Source of the DNA: Monocercomonoides exilis PA203
Lineage: Eukaryota > Protista > Preaxostyla
Direction: 5' to 3'
NCBI GenBank assembly: GCA_001643675.2
Contig: LSRY02000046.1
Location: 372,001-436,000 of the forward strand
Length of the DNA: 64,000 nt
Shown here: one piece after another, positions 23,573 through 34,259 of the stretch
Position numbering within the stretch: the stretch's first letter is position 1
Layout: each line of letters starts with the position of its first letter
The notes under the pieces: model-generated
The model's input: only the letters and a program-made list of their open reading frames with translations
The model's database searches: none
Told to the model about the DNA's origin: nothing
Translations under genes and position numbers: made by a program

Positions 23573-25223
23573 TTAAGCATCCAGTAATATATTTATAGCA
23601 GCCTCAAGATTTTTCCCTGATGCAATAAACGTCGCAGTGGCCTGCTCTTCAGATACGCCTACCATTTCGACAATTTGTTGAACTTTTGATTTATCTTCTT
23701 CTGTTAAACCTTGTTTTTCGCTCATTTCATCCGTTTTTGCTGAACTTCCTTTGCCATCTCCCTTGGCTCCTTGGCCGCTTCCTTTGTTAGAATCGTGCTC
23801 TTTTTCTTTCTCCTTTCTTTCTTCCATAGCTTTTCTCTCTTCCTTCTCTTTCCTCTCCTTCTCCTCGGTCTTTGCTCTCTCGACCATCTGCTGTACAGAC
23901 TCCGCCTCTTTCTTACTGGCCTCGATAGCTTCCTTCGACAGCCCTAACGCTATTTCCACAAATAATCTCGGATTTTTTGTGATCTCCAACACAAGCGGAG
24001 CAGCAGTTTCACTTAAATACTCCAACAACAACGGAAGAGAAGTCGGGTGCTGGAAGAGAAATTGTCTAAGTTGCAGTAGCTGCGGATGAGTGCGGAGCTC
24101 ATCCAGAAGCGGATGGGAGCTAATAGATTCGTGAGATGGCTGTGAAGAATGTGAAGAAGATGCTTTGTGGCGCAATGATTCATCTGAAGTGGATAAAGAC
24201 AAAGATGAAGACTGTTCCGACAATACATCCAAATTCCCTTTCCGATTGCTTTTTCCTTCATTTTCTTTCGTCTTTTTCAGGTCATATGATTGCCAAGGAA
24301 GCGGAGCTTCCCCAAGCATTGCAGCTAATTGCATCTTTTGCTCATGCGACAGCTGCCTTATAACCGATCCGTCAAAAAATTTCCCATGTTCCGCCTCAAA
24401 CTCATTCAAAATGCCACTTTTTTCCAGTTGCTCTTCATCGACCTTTCTTTCTTCCTCTTCAATTTCTTGTGGAGTCTTTTGTGGCGCCTCAACTTTACCT
24501 GATTTGTTTTTTCCTTTTTCTGAGAGAAAACGTTTGGACTGTGACTCAGCCATTTCGGCAAGGTCTTTTGGTATTCCGCTCATTACATACTCAACAGCAC
24601 TTGTCATGTCTCCAAGAGCCGCAATGAGCGCTGTCCTAGATTTGTCTCGATCAAAACCCATTGCACACAGTTCTTCCAACTGTTCAGGAAAAGGTTCTTC
24701 GCAAGATTCTTCACGAAGTTCTTCGCTCTGACCCAATTTCTGTTGATTATCCTTTGTTTCAATTGTTAATGGATCGTTTTCCTGTTTTTCTAATGAATTT
24801 TCGGATGTCACAACACGATTTTCACTTTCTGAAGTTTTGGGGTGCTCGCCATCTTCATCATTCATCTGTTCCTAATTTCACAAATTCAATTGATTATTTC
24901 AAATATACAAGAATAACATTTTATTCAAACAAAAGCATACGTTTTTGATAAAAAGCATAAGTGTTGAATCATCTTCCTAATTTTATACAATAGATATGAA
25001 AAATTTTTTAGTATTCTACACTTACACGAAAAATGCACACAATTGAATAATCTTTCAAAGGTGTCTTATTCTCAAGGTTCTGGCCTTTAAAAACCAGTGT
25101 TTGACTTTCAATAGGAAATGAAAAGTTTTCTTGTATCATTTGCTTGAGATCTTCTGTTGTTGCCGAATCTTCAATGGTTAATGGAAAAATTTTCCCCGTA
25201 ACAGCCTTGATATTAACTTGCAT
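23573..25223 (-). CDS. RAD23: UV excision repair / proteasome shuttle protein RAD23 (UBL-UBA-STI1/XPC-binding-UBA), 3 exons
   Basis: UBL MQVNIKAVTGKIFPLTIEDSATTEDLKQMI..QTLVFKGQNLEN; UBA1 LCAMGFDRDKSRTALIAALGDMTSAVEYVMSGIP; XPC-binding LDELRTHPQLLQLRQFLFQHPTSLPLLLEYL; UBA2 LTEEDKSKVQQIVEMVGVSEEQATATFIASGKNLEAAINILL. Confidence 0.93.
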
Positions 25224-25651
25224 TTTCCACCTATTTCTGTCAAATATTCGACAATAAAACAAATGAATATTTAATGATTCTTCATAATGCTTCAAATAAT
25301 CTGAATAAAACAAACATTGAAATGATTCGATCTGAACCAGAACAAATATAATCATCAATGGATCATTTTTCTGTCGAAAAATTGTTTGCTTTTTTATTCA
25401 TTATTTTTCTAATCTCAAATTGTTCAATTTCACTAACTTTTGAGAAAATGAATTTCTTGTTTTAAGTAAGGGTTTGATTTTCACAAAATATGGTTATTGA
25501 TTTTTGTTCTTTTTTTGTTGAAAATGTTAGAATAGAGTGAAAATTTAATTATTTAGAAATGATATTTGATGATTAATAAAAGAGCCAAGCTAAGACAGAA
25601 TGGAATCATTAATTTTAGGTTTGATTTCGTTTAAACGAATAAATATTTAAC

Positions 25652-25798
25652 GGATGCCTGTTGTTCCTTGAATTCTGAAAATAATTGAGTTATGAGGACA
25701 GAGGCATCCAATAGAAAATGTAATCAAATTGATTTTGTGAGCAGTTTTGTTGAGCTTTGGCTTTTCTTTCATTGCTGATGAATTACTCACCAACATTC
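25652..25798 (+). ncRNA. Candidate box H/ACA snoRNA
   Basis: Hairpin 1 closed by ggatgcct/aggcatcc (25652-25709), ANANNA boxes ATAGAA/AGAAAA at 25711-25718, hairpin 2 closed by gtgag/ctcac (25737-25790), ACA at 25793-25795; about 147 nt; many G-U pairs favour the + strand. Confidence 0.45.
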
Positions 25799-26091
25799 AA
25801 ATCTTTTGATATAAAAATAATTTCTATTTAAATTTTTTAATCACGTTCTTAAGATTTATTAATTGTTGTGAATTTTATTTTCTGATTTTAATAGAGATGC
25901 ATGTTCGAGATGTTAATTATTTTGAAATCTGTGAAATTATTCATCAAAAAATTTGTTCTGCTTTGTTGCAATATTTTGTTCATTTGCACTTCACTCGCAA
26001 ATTTTTATAACTTTTTTCTTTCAAGGCATTAGAATAAAAGAAAATATTTTGAATAAGCCCTTTATTTTTTTGAGTTTTAAAAATAAGTCTT

Positions 26092-26803
26092 ATGGATTCG
26101 TTTGATTTCGTGAAGAGTCGAGTAACTGACGAAGAAGCCGAAGAAGAAGTTAATAGACAAGGAGGACCAGTTGACAACAGACCCTTGTATCAACGTCTTG
26201 AAGAACAAAAATTGAAAGTTTTATTGTTTTCAATTACAAAAGTTTTTATTTTATTAAAGGATGCAAACTTAGGCAGAAGAAGAATTTGAAAAAGAACACA
26301 AATACAGAGGTCCCGAAAGTTTATCAAAAGACGACGCAGAAATGTTTGAAGAATTGGAAAGAGTTAAGCAAAAGACTCTTCTTTTAGATCGTGAAAAAGA
26401 AGAGCAGCAATTTTTAGAAAAACAAAAGCACATGACAGAAAGCTTTGAAAGAAATGATGGACGTAAGCCAACCGCTCTTATTTCATTTCAAATGTCCTCG
26501 AAAAAGCATTTTGATTCTGAAGAAAAACACGATCAAAAACAGAAAAATACCTCTCAATCATCTTCCTCAAAAAAGCGTGGCATGCTCGACTTGGGCAAAT
26601 TTGGTATAAAAGTTTCGAACAATTCAAGTAAATTGCAGTCCGGGACAAAATCTACAAGCTCAACAAAACAAATTATTTCTCAAAAAGAAATTACAATAAA
26701 AAAACGACTTATAGCACAATTAGGCGAAATTAATGATGAAGATGATTCTCAAAGAAATGAAGAACAAATGCAAATTTCAAAAAAAAGAAAAAGAATTCAA
26801 TGA
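26092..26803 (+). CDS. FAM192A/PSME3IP1/Fyv6 family nuclear protein, 2 exons
   Basis: DNRPLYQRLEEQKLK spliced (intron about 26218-26271) to AEEEFEKEHKYRGPESLSKDDAEMFEEL resembles the family N-terminal motif D.RSLYERLQEQK..QEEYEE..K...GLD.DE..FL; basic NLS-like C-terminus. Confidence 0.8.
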
Positions 26804-26880
26804 AAATTATATCTTCTTTGCTTTGTTAGAATTTTAAAACATTTCAAATTTTAATTGAAAAAAAAAATCATTGTTAAATG

Positions 26881-28045
26881 CTATTGCGGTAATATTTGAT
26901 CAAGTGTTAATTTCAGAAAAGGATTGTCAGAGGCTAGGTTAATTATTGATTGAGCATGAACAGTGCCTTCTTCAGTCTTCACCCTCTTTTCTGATTGCGA
27001 AATCAACGAAGCGTCATCTTCATCTTCTCTCTTTCGCTTTGTTCCCTCAGATTGAATAAACTCGTCTTCAGACACGGAAGTAGATGCAGCGTCTGTATGA
27101 GGATGTGAAGCTTGAAGTGTACTTGATTGAAGAAGTGGGTCAGATTGTTGTTGGACTTGTGGATATCCAACAACAGCATTAGTAGAATAAGCAGGAGCAA
27201 GAAGATGCTCAATTCCTGTTATTCCTCCCATCATTCCTCCCATTCCAAACCCACCAAGAACTCCTGGTATTGGCTGGCTCATAAATGGAAAGCAAGGTAA
27301 AGGAGGAGCAGATTGTTGAGGAGGAGCCATAACTTGCTGAGGTAATTGTTGAGGTTGCATATATGTTGCTGCTTTAATTTGAGAAGCTTGTGACATGCTT
27401 TGCTGAGATTGTTGTTCTTCACCTGAAGTTTGTTCCAAAGCAGAAACTTGCTGTGCCATTCTCATGTGTTCAGGGTGCGTTGCTACAGGAATGCTTGTCG
27501 CTGACAAAGAAGGATAAGGTGCTGAAGATAAAAAGTAATGAAGTTGGGCTGTTGGTTCCTCGTTTGCATCAATTGCTAAATCTTGCGGATGACTCACTTT
27601 TCTTCCATCACGAAAATCAGCTTGATGAAGACATAATGTTGAATTTTAATAGTGATATTTTACTGTACAAAAAAAGCATACATTCAAGTGCTATTTTCAC
27701 CTCGTCATGATGCCAGAATCGTTCTAATCCAGGTGTTGACCAAGAAAACACTTCTCCAGTCTGTGTAACTATTGAAATTGAGACTTCTGCTCCAGTCATT
27801 CCATATAATTGCCATGCCTGCACAAAAATAAAATTTAAAAAGTTGTGCGTTCGATGATGACAAAACAAGGAGGTAATTACCAAAACAATATTTTTATTCT
27901 AATTCCAAACTTTTTTTAATAAACCCTTTTTCCTCTTTGAAAATGTTATTCCTCGATTCTTTTTATCAGAAATATATCCACTTGTCTTCCTCCGTTTTGT
28001 TTGGGTTACATATTGCGTCAAATCAGCAGGTTGAAATTGTTCCAT
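26881..28045 (-). CDS. MADS-box transcription factor, SRF/MCM1-like, 3 exons
   Basis: Spliced N-terminus KRRKTSGYISDKKNRGITFSKRKKGLLKK|AWQLYGMTGAEVSISIVTQTGEVFSWSTPGL aligns by eye with the SRF/Mcm1 MADS domain; Q/P-rich C-terminal region. Confidence 0.88.
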
Positions 28046-28208
28046 TCTGATCTAATGCATTACTTTTAATTTCAATATTTTTGCTCTCGTTTGTTGCAAT
28101 AAATGTTTGTAGGGAACATGATGTCGAAGAGTTTATTTCTTTTCAACAAAGATATTCTTTTATTTGGAAAATCTTAGTATAAGGGTACAGATCATCTCCA
28201 AATTAAAA

Positions 28209-28834
28209 ATGCAGAAACCTGTGTTTGGAGAACGTTCAAAGGCTTCAATATTCCTTTTTTGGTTTACATCCATTTTGGTTGGAGGATATTCAATTGTTTG
28301 CTTTATTTTGATTCTTTTAACTTTCCAAAAAGATTTCATCATGAAATATCTCTTTAAAAATAATTTGATATTCCATAGGCAATACTTGTAATTGCAATTT
28401 TATACACAGTGAAAGCGCATTATCAACTTATATTTTATGCGTTGATGGCACTCACCATTGTTATCATAATGCTTGCAATTGTGATCCCTTGGAGAAGGCA
28501 TGCTGTGGAAGAACAAGTTCGATGGGTTGCAATTGCCCTTATTCCTCCTCTTTTCTTTGCGGGACTAACAGTTTTTCTTTCGTTGTCTTATGACGGAGAT
28601 AAATGCGTTTCATGGTATTTAACATTGCTTAAATATCTTTGCTGATAAATTAATTTTTGAAAATTATTCAGTAGCGTAACCAAAATTTGTGTGCCAAAGA
28701 CAAAAGAATGTGTTGAATGTCCAACGGGATATTACATGGACTACACAATTTTGATGAGTGGTAAAAAGAGTTGTCTAAAAAAACCTGATCCACCAAAACC
28801 TGATCCTAAAAAGAATACTACACGAATTGCTTAA
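28209..28834 (+). CDS. Small membrane protein, 3 predicted TM helices plus Cys-rich C-terminus, 3 exons
   Basis: Introns about 28296-28378 and 28614-28671 give a continuous frame with three hydrophobic stretches followed by KCVSCSVTKICVPKTKECVECPTGYY..KSCLKK. Confidence 0.7.
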
Positions 28835-29514
28835 TGTTAAATTTTTTGGTCTATATCAACTACACTTCGATGATTTATAATTTCGAGCGTTCATTTAAGT
28901 TTCTTTTTTAATTTTACTGATTTGTTTTTTTCACCTCAAATCTTTGTAATCAATTTTTGATTACTAATTTACTATTTCCTAAGTTATTTTATTATCATTC
29001 CTTCGCTTATTGATTTTTTTTATTTTTTTAACATGGGGGTTGAAATTTTCAAAAAATCAATGTGAATTTTATTTTTCTATTTCATTTGAATTCTTACCTA
29101 ATTTAAAATATGAAAATTTAATATCATCCATTTTCCTTTGACAAGAACCGATATCCATCAGTCAATCATTCAATTTATCAGACATAGAGAGAACAAGATG
29201 AATTTAAAAAATGAATCAAATAACTGTGAAAATGAATCATAAATGCAACAAAATTGTGATAAAAAACTTCAATTTACAATATATGTTTTACAAAACAATA
29301 TTGTAATTTTGAAATGTTGAATGAAATAATTATTTCAACCTTCTTTGGTTTCTAATTTTTTTGTTCAGCAAAGAAAAATTATTCGAAAAAAAATGAAAAT
29401 CACAAACAACTCATTTTCTTCTCAATAGACTATTTAATAAATATTGCATTATTCATGTCAGATAATTGCAAAAATTTTGACATTCAATAAATTTGTAAGA
29501 AAATATTATGATCA

Positions 29515-32500
29515 ATAAAACTTTATGGCAAGCACTGATCGTAGTTCTTTTGAAATGTATTTTTTGCCGGTTGTGCTGCTTGTGGAGCGCTGCGTCCTGT
29601 ATGGGGCGGACGGTGTGTGCATTTGCAAGTCTTCTAGGAGTTGGGATGTTTTTGGGTGTTTGTGCAGATTACAGGAACGCGGATATGTTTACGCAGCTGG
29701 GGCAGGGGCTGTTCTCGCTTGTGCGGAGGGTGTGCACGGGGAGCCTGTTTGGGCTCCCGCTGTATCCGTCGCTGGGGGCGGCGTTTGAGGAGATGTTCCT
29801 GCGGAACGGGACGATGGACTTTGGGCATGTTTCCACGAGCAAAATTGCTGGGACAGCTGCTGTGTGCCTTGACACCATTTTTCCCCCAATTTTCGTTATT
29901 CCTCCATATTCCCTTTTTATTATTAATAAAATACAATGAAATGTTGTTTCGTGGGCGTGGCTGGCAGTCGGTGCTTGTGCCAGCGATTGTGGTGCTTTTG
30001 CTGTGGGTGGGGGCGATGGTGTACACGTATGTGTGGATGTGCACGCAGTGCTGCAGCACGCCGCCGCAGGAGGAGGAGGAGTGGCACTGCTGCCAGACGG
30101 ACTGCTGGACAGACCTGGGCCCGAAGGCAGGGTGTGTGTGGACCACGCGCATCATCTTCTATGTGATACTCCTGGTCGAGCTGTGTGCCTTTTTTTTTTC
30201 GTTCATTTTTTTTGGTTGGTGTTGGGACAGCTGTGTGTGTGTTTGTTGCAGGGTGTTTGCTGTTGCAGCGATGGTGTCGATGGCGATGCTGCCGAAGAAC
30301 TTCACATCGATGAACGAGTCGCTGTCTCCGTTCAAGAAGGCGTATGGGGAGCTGCCGGAATATGTGCAGCTTCTGCAGAAATGTGTGTCTTTGCGGCTTC
30401 TGCCAATTTCTCATTTCATATTTTGTTTATTGGCGATTGGTTGGATGGCAGCGGAAGAGGAGTTGTTTGCAGGGCTGAAGGCTGTGGTGACGCTGTGCGA
30501 GACAGAGCTGCCAACAGTCTCGTTTTCGAATTTTGCGCAGCTGCTGAACGATTCGATTTCGCACATCAAAGAGTCTGCCCTTCATCTGCACTTTTGTGGA
30601 AGATGAGCATTTTCCATTCACATTTCTCTTTTCTCTTTTCTCTTTTTCTCTTTTCTCTTTTCTCTTTTCTCTTTTCTCTTTTCTCTTTTTCTCTTTCCTT
30701 TTTTTGTGTTGCATTTGTATTGAAACACAAATTGTCGATATGTTCTGTGTGTGTGCTTTTTTTGTTGGCTGATTCGATGCACAGCCAGAGTGGGTCGCTG
30801 AACAGCTCAATGGAGGATGTGAAGGATGCGTTTATGATTGGGGTGCTGGAGCCGATGGATGAACTGCTCAGCGTCACAGCGCCGGTGTGCATTCAGTTGC
30901 TTTGCTTTTGCTGTGCAGCAGACTGAGCAATCATTTCTATCAATTTATTTTTCTATTTTTTGAATGCATCTTTATTTATTCACTCACTCACTCACTCACT
31001 CACCTATATCAATCTATCTATCTGCCTGACAATGTCTTTGTCTGTCTTTTGTGGTGTGTGGTGCAGGTTGTGTACTACTTCGACAACGAGACAGCAGAGG
31101 CAGCAGGGTCGCTGAATCTGAATGGGGTGTCGCAGAGTGTGTTTGAAGAGCAGATCACAAAGCTGGACGAGCTGCTGGCTGAGCGGGGCAGAAAGGCGAC
31201 TGCGCCGCAGGAATTCAGAGACGAGGTGGTGCAGCTGAAGGAGGATGTGAACGGGATCATCGCAAACCTGAGCGAAAGCTTCGATGCGATCGTCAAAGAG
31301 ATTGAAGGTGTGTGTGTGTGTGAGCAATGAGCTGTTTCTGCTTCATATTTGTCTGCTTTTGATGTTATTTGTTCTTTCAACACTTTTCTTTTGGAAATGA
31401 TGATATTTCCCTTCTTTCCCTTCTTTTCTTTTTCTGAAGACTATTTCAGGGATGTGCTGTATGTGCCGGGGGTGAACATGAGCGAGGCGCTGGGGAGGAT
31501 GCGGGGAGAGGTGGAGAAGCTGTCTGCAGTGACGGGGAATCTGTCGATGCTGGCGGGGGTGGCAGATGTGCTTGTGGAGGAGTTCAACCGGACAGGGAAG
31601 CTGGCAGGGTATGTGGAGTTTGTGCAGAACAAGCTGTTTTGTGTTGGGGTGAATGGGAAGAACGGGAACGCGTCGGTGGCGTTTGGGACGGGAGATATTT
31701 CGACGCAGGCAGAATACTGTGGAAGGGCAGCAGGATACATCACAGAGGCATTGGCAGGCTCTTCTGCATCAACATCAACCTCATTTCATCATTCATCACT
31801 TCACTCAAACACTTCGCACGCTCATTTGCTTGGGGAGGATGCGAAAGAGGCAGAAAGAGCAGCATCTGCCATTCAGCCACGTGCTCCACCTCGAAACACA
31901 TCCACTTCGCATTCACATCAACACACCTCACAATCATCATCATCATCATCATTTTTATCATCAAACCCGTCAAATCCTGCAAATCTGACGCTGAACAGCC
32001 TGATCGACCAGGTGTATGTGTTTGACCCGTCGTCGACGTCGTCGGAGCGGGTGGGGGTGATCTACGGGGAGGAGGTGGAAGGGGTGCTGGAGGAGGTGGA
32101 TGTGGAGGGGGTGGCGGGGGTGATTGATGGGCTGGATGTGATGGACTTCACAGCGGTGGAGGGGCAGTACAACGAGGCGATGGGGAAGGTGCGGGAGATG
32201 CTGGGGAACGTGTCGCGGGAGATCGGGTTTCTGGAGACGCAGGCGAGCGGAGGGATCGGAAGGCTGGGGGAGATGCTGGGGGAGAACGAGGAGCCGATGG
32301 CGGGGGTGGAGGCGGAGGTGCAGAAGACGGTGGGGGTGCTGAAGGAGTATGTGGACCTGGCGGGGTACTTTGTGTTTGGGGCGGTGGTGGTGCTGGGGGT
32401 GTCGCTGGTGGGGGTGGTGCCGTTCACGGTGGCGGTGCGGAAGGAGACGGTGCTGTGGTGGTTTGAGTGCGGGCACATGTGGTGGTTCAGCCTGTTTGGG

Positions 32501-34004
32501 GTGGTGCTGTTTGTGGTGGGGGTGGTGGGGGCGGTGCTGGGGGACGTGAGCCGGCTGGTGTATGGCGGGGAGCTGGTGTCGCTGGCAGGGCGGGAGGAGG
32601 TGTGGGAGTATGTGAAGGGGGGAGACGGGGCTGGGGGAGGCAGCGGCGACTGGGCTGAACTTCTACGTGGCGGTGGGGCCGCTGGAGGTGGACTCGGAGG
32701 AGGTGATCAACACGACGAACGCAGCGCTGGCAGGGCTGGCGCAGTACTATCTGTCGTCGGGGCGGGAAGGGTCGAACTATCTTTGCGGCTGCTGCCGGAG
32801 CTGTATGGGGAGGCGTGGGGGTTGGTGGATGGGCTGATGGGGAAAGGGGAGAGCAGGGGAAGTGGAAGTGAAGGAGAGGAAGAAGAAGGGGTTTTTGGGG
32901 GTGTGCAGTTTGGGCAGAAGGGGAGGGGGATCATGGAGGCGGCAGAGGAGACAGCGCGGCCAGGGCTGGACCGGGTGATGGAGAAGCTGCTGGAGGTGGT
33001 GGGGCCGACGGTGCCGGCAGTGGTGTTTGGGGCGGTGGACCCGGTGCTGCTGAGGATGCCGCAGAACCTGGTTGTGTTCTGGGCGTCGTGTGTGGTGCTG
33101 CTGCTGCTGGTGATCCCGCACGGGGTGTGTCTGAGCTGCGGGCGGGACCTGTGGACAGAGTACGAGCTGTCGGAGGAGGCGGTGGAGAAGCTGGCAGCGG
33201 CAGAGAAGGAGCGGAAGGCGCGGGAGAAGAAGGCGGCAGCGAGAGAGAGGCGGCGGGCGCGGCGGATGGGGCGGCTGAAGAAGAAGGCGGGGGAGCTGGG
33301 GATGGACGGGGATGTGGCATACACAGCGATGGCGGAGAGCGGGCGGGGGATGGAGATGGAGGAGATGGAGGAGATGGAGATGGCAAGGATGGGGACAGGG
33401 ATGAGGATGGGGACAGGAATGGAGGAGGAGAGAGAGGGAAGAGAGGAAAGAGGAGAGGAAGAGAGCACAGACAGGACCCGGCTGATGGGTTAGGAGAGGA
33501 ATTGTCAGAAAGAAAAGGGAGAGTTTTACAGGAGATGGGCATTTGTGTTTGCATTTCACTGGGCAGAAGATGGTTGGCTTCATTCCTTCTGTTTGCTTTG
33601 ATATCTCTCATTGTAGTGATGATGGTGGCGATGAGTGCGAATATCATAAATTGCAAATATTTTTGTTATTAACACACATATTTTTTTGATTTTTGTTGTG
33701 AAGGTTATTAATATGCATTGTTTATTTGCTTGTCAATTGACAAATTGGCATGCCTTGTTCTGTTCTGTTCTGTTTGTATGCAAGTTTGCTGCATTCTTTT
33801 TCCATTTCAATTTCCATTTTCTTTTCTTATTTTTGTTTTTATTTGCGTTGATGCGAAATTTCTCATCGTCATTTCAAAGTTTTGCTTTTGACATTCAACT
33901 TTTCGACTTTTCGACTTGCTCATTGAAACACAATGAAGCAGATGTATTTTTCGTTGTTGTTTGATTTTCAATTCACGTTAGTTTTTATTTATATTGCTTT
34001 GAAA
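29515..34004 (+). repeat. Left arm of a 4.5-kb near-identical inverted segmental duplication
   Basis: Reverse complement of 59207-63701, including introns and 3' flank; differences are a few substitutions, microsatellite copy numbers and two single-base indels in the coding region. Confidence 0.97.
29601..33493 (+). CDS. Five-pass membrane glycoprotein with prominin/Tweety-like topology, copy 1 (7 exons; contains a frameshifted block)
   Basis: Signal-like MGRTVCAFASLLGVGMFLGVCA; TM1 followed by CTQCC..CC..C loop; TM2; long helical loop with N-X-S/T sites; TM3-TM4 hairpin; second loop; TM5 FWASCVVLLLLVIPHGVCLSC; charged tail. GT..AG introns join the ORF pieces in frame. Confidence 0.7.
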
Positions 34005-34259
34005 AACGAAATGCATTTATGCAAATTTATTTGGAGGATTATTTCAAATTCAATTTCAAAATTTTTAAAGAACAAAGGATTAATCATCTCTATAAATATT
34101 TTTTTGAGAGAATCCTTTTATGTTAAACAAATAATTAAATGAATTGCATACATCGATTCTTCAATATTCTTAACATTGTGTTTTCGTATTTTCTTCTCTC
34201 TCCTCTTTTAAAAATCTTTCATTTTATTATAGTAAGGGTATAAAAGATCAGAATTACAT

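Noticed and set aside
29508-29600. Upstream ATG at 29508 as the start of the five-pass gene
   Set aside because: It lies outside the duplicated arm and is absent from copy 2; ATG 29601/63615 precedes a signal-like peptide in both copies.
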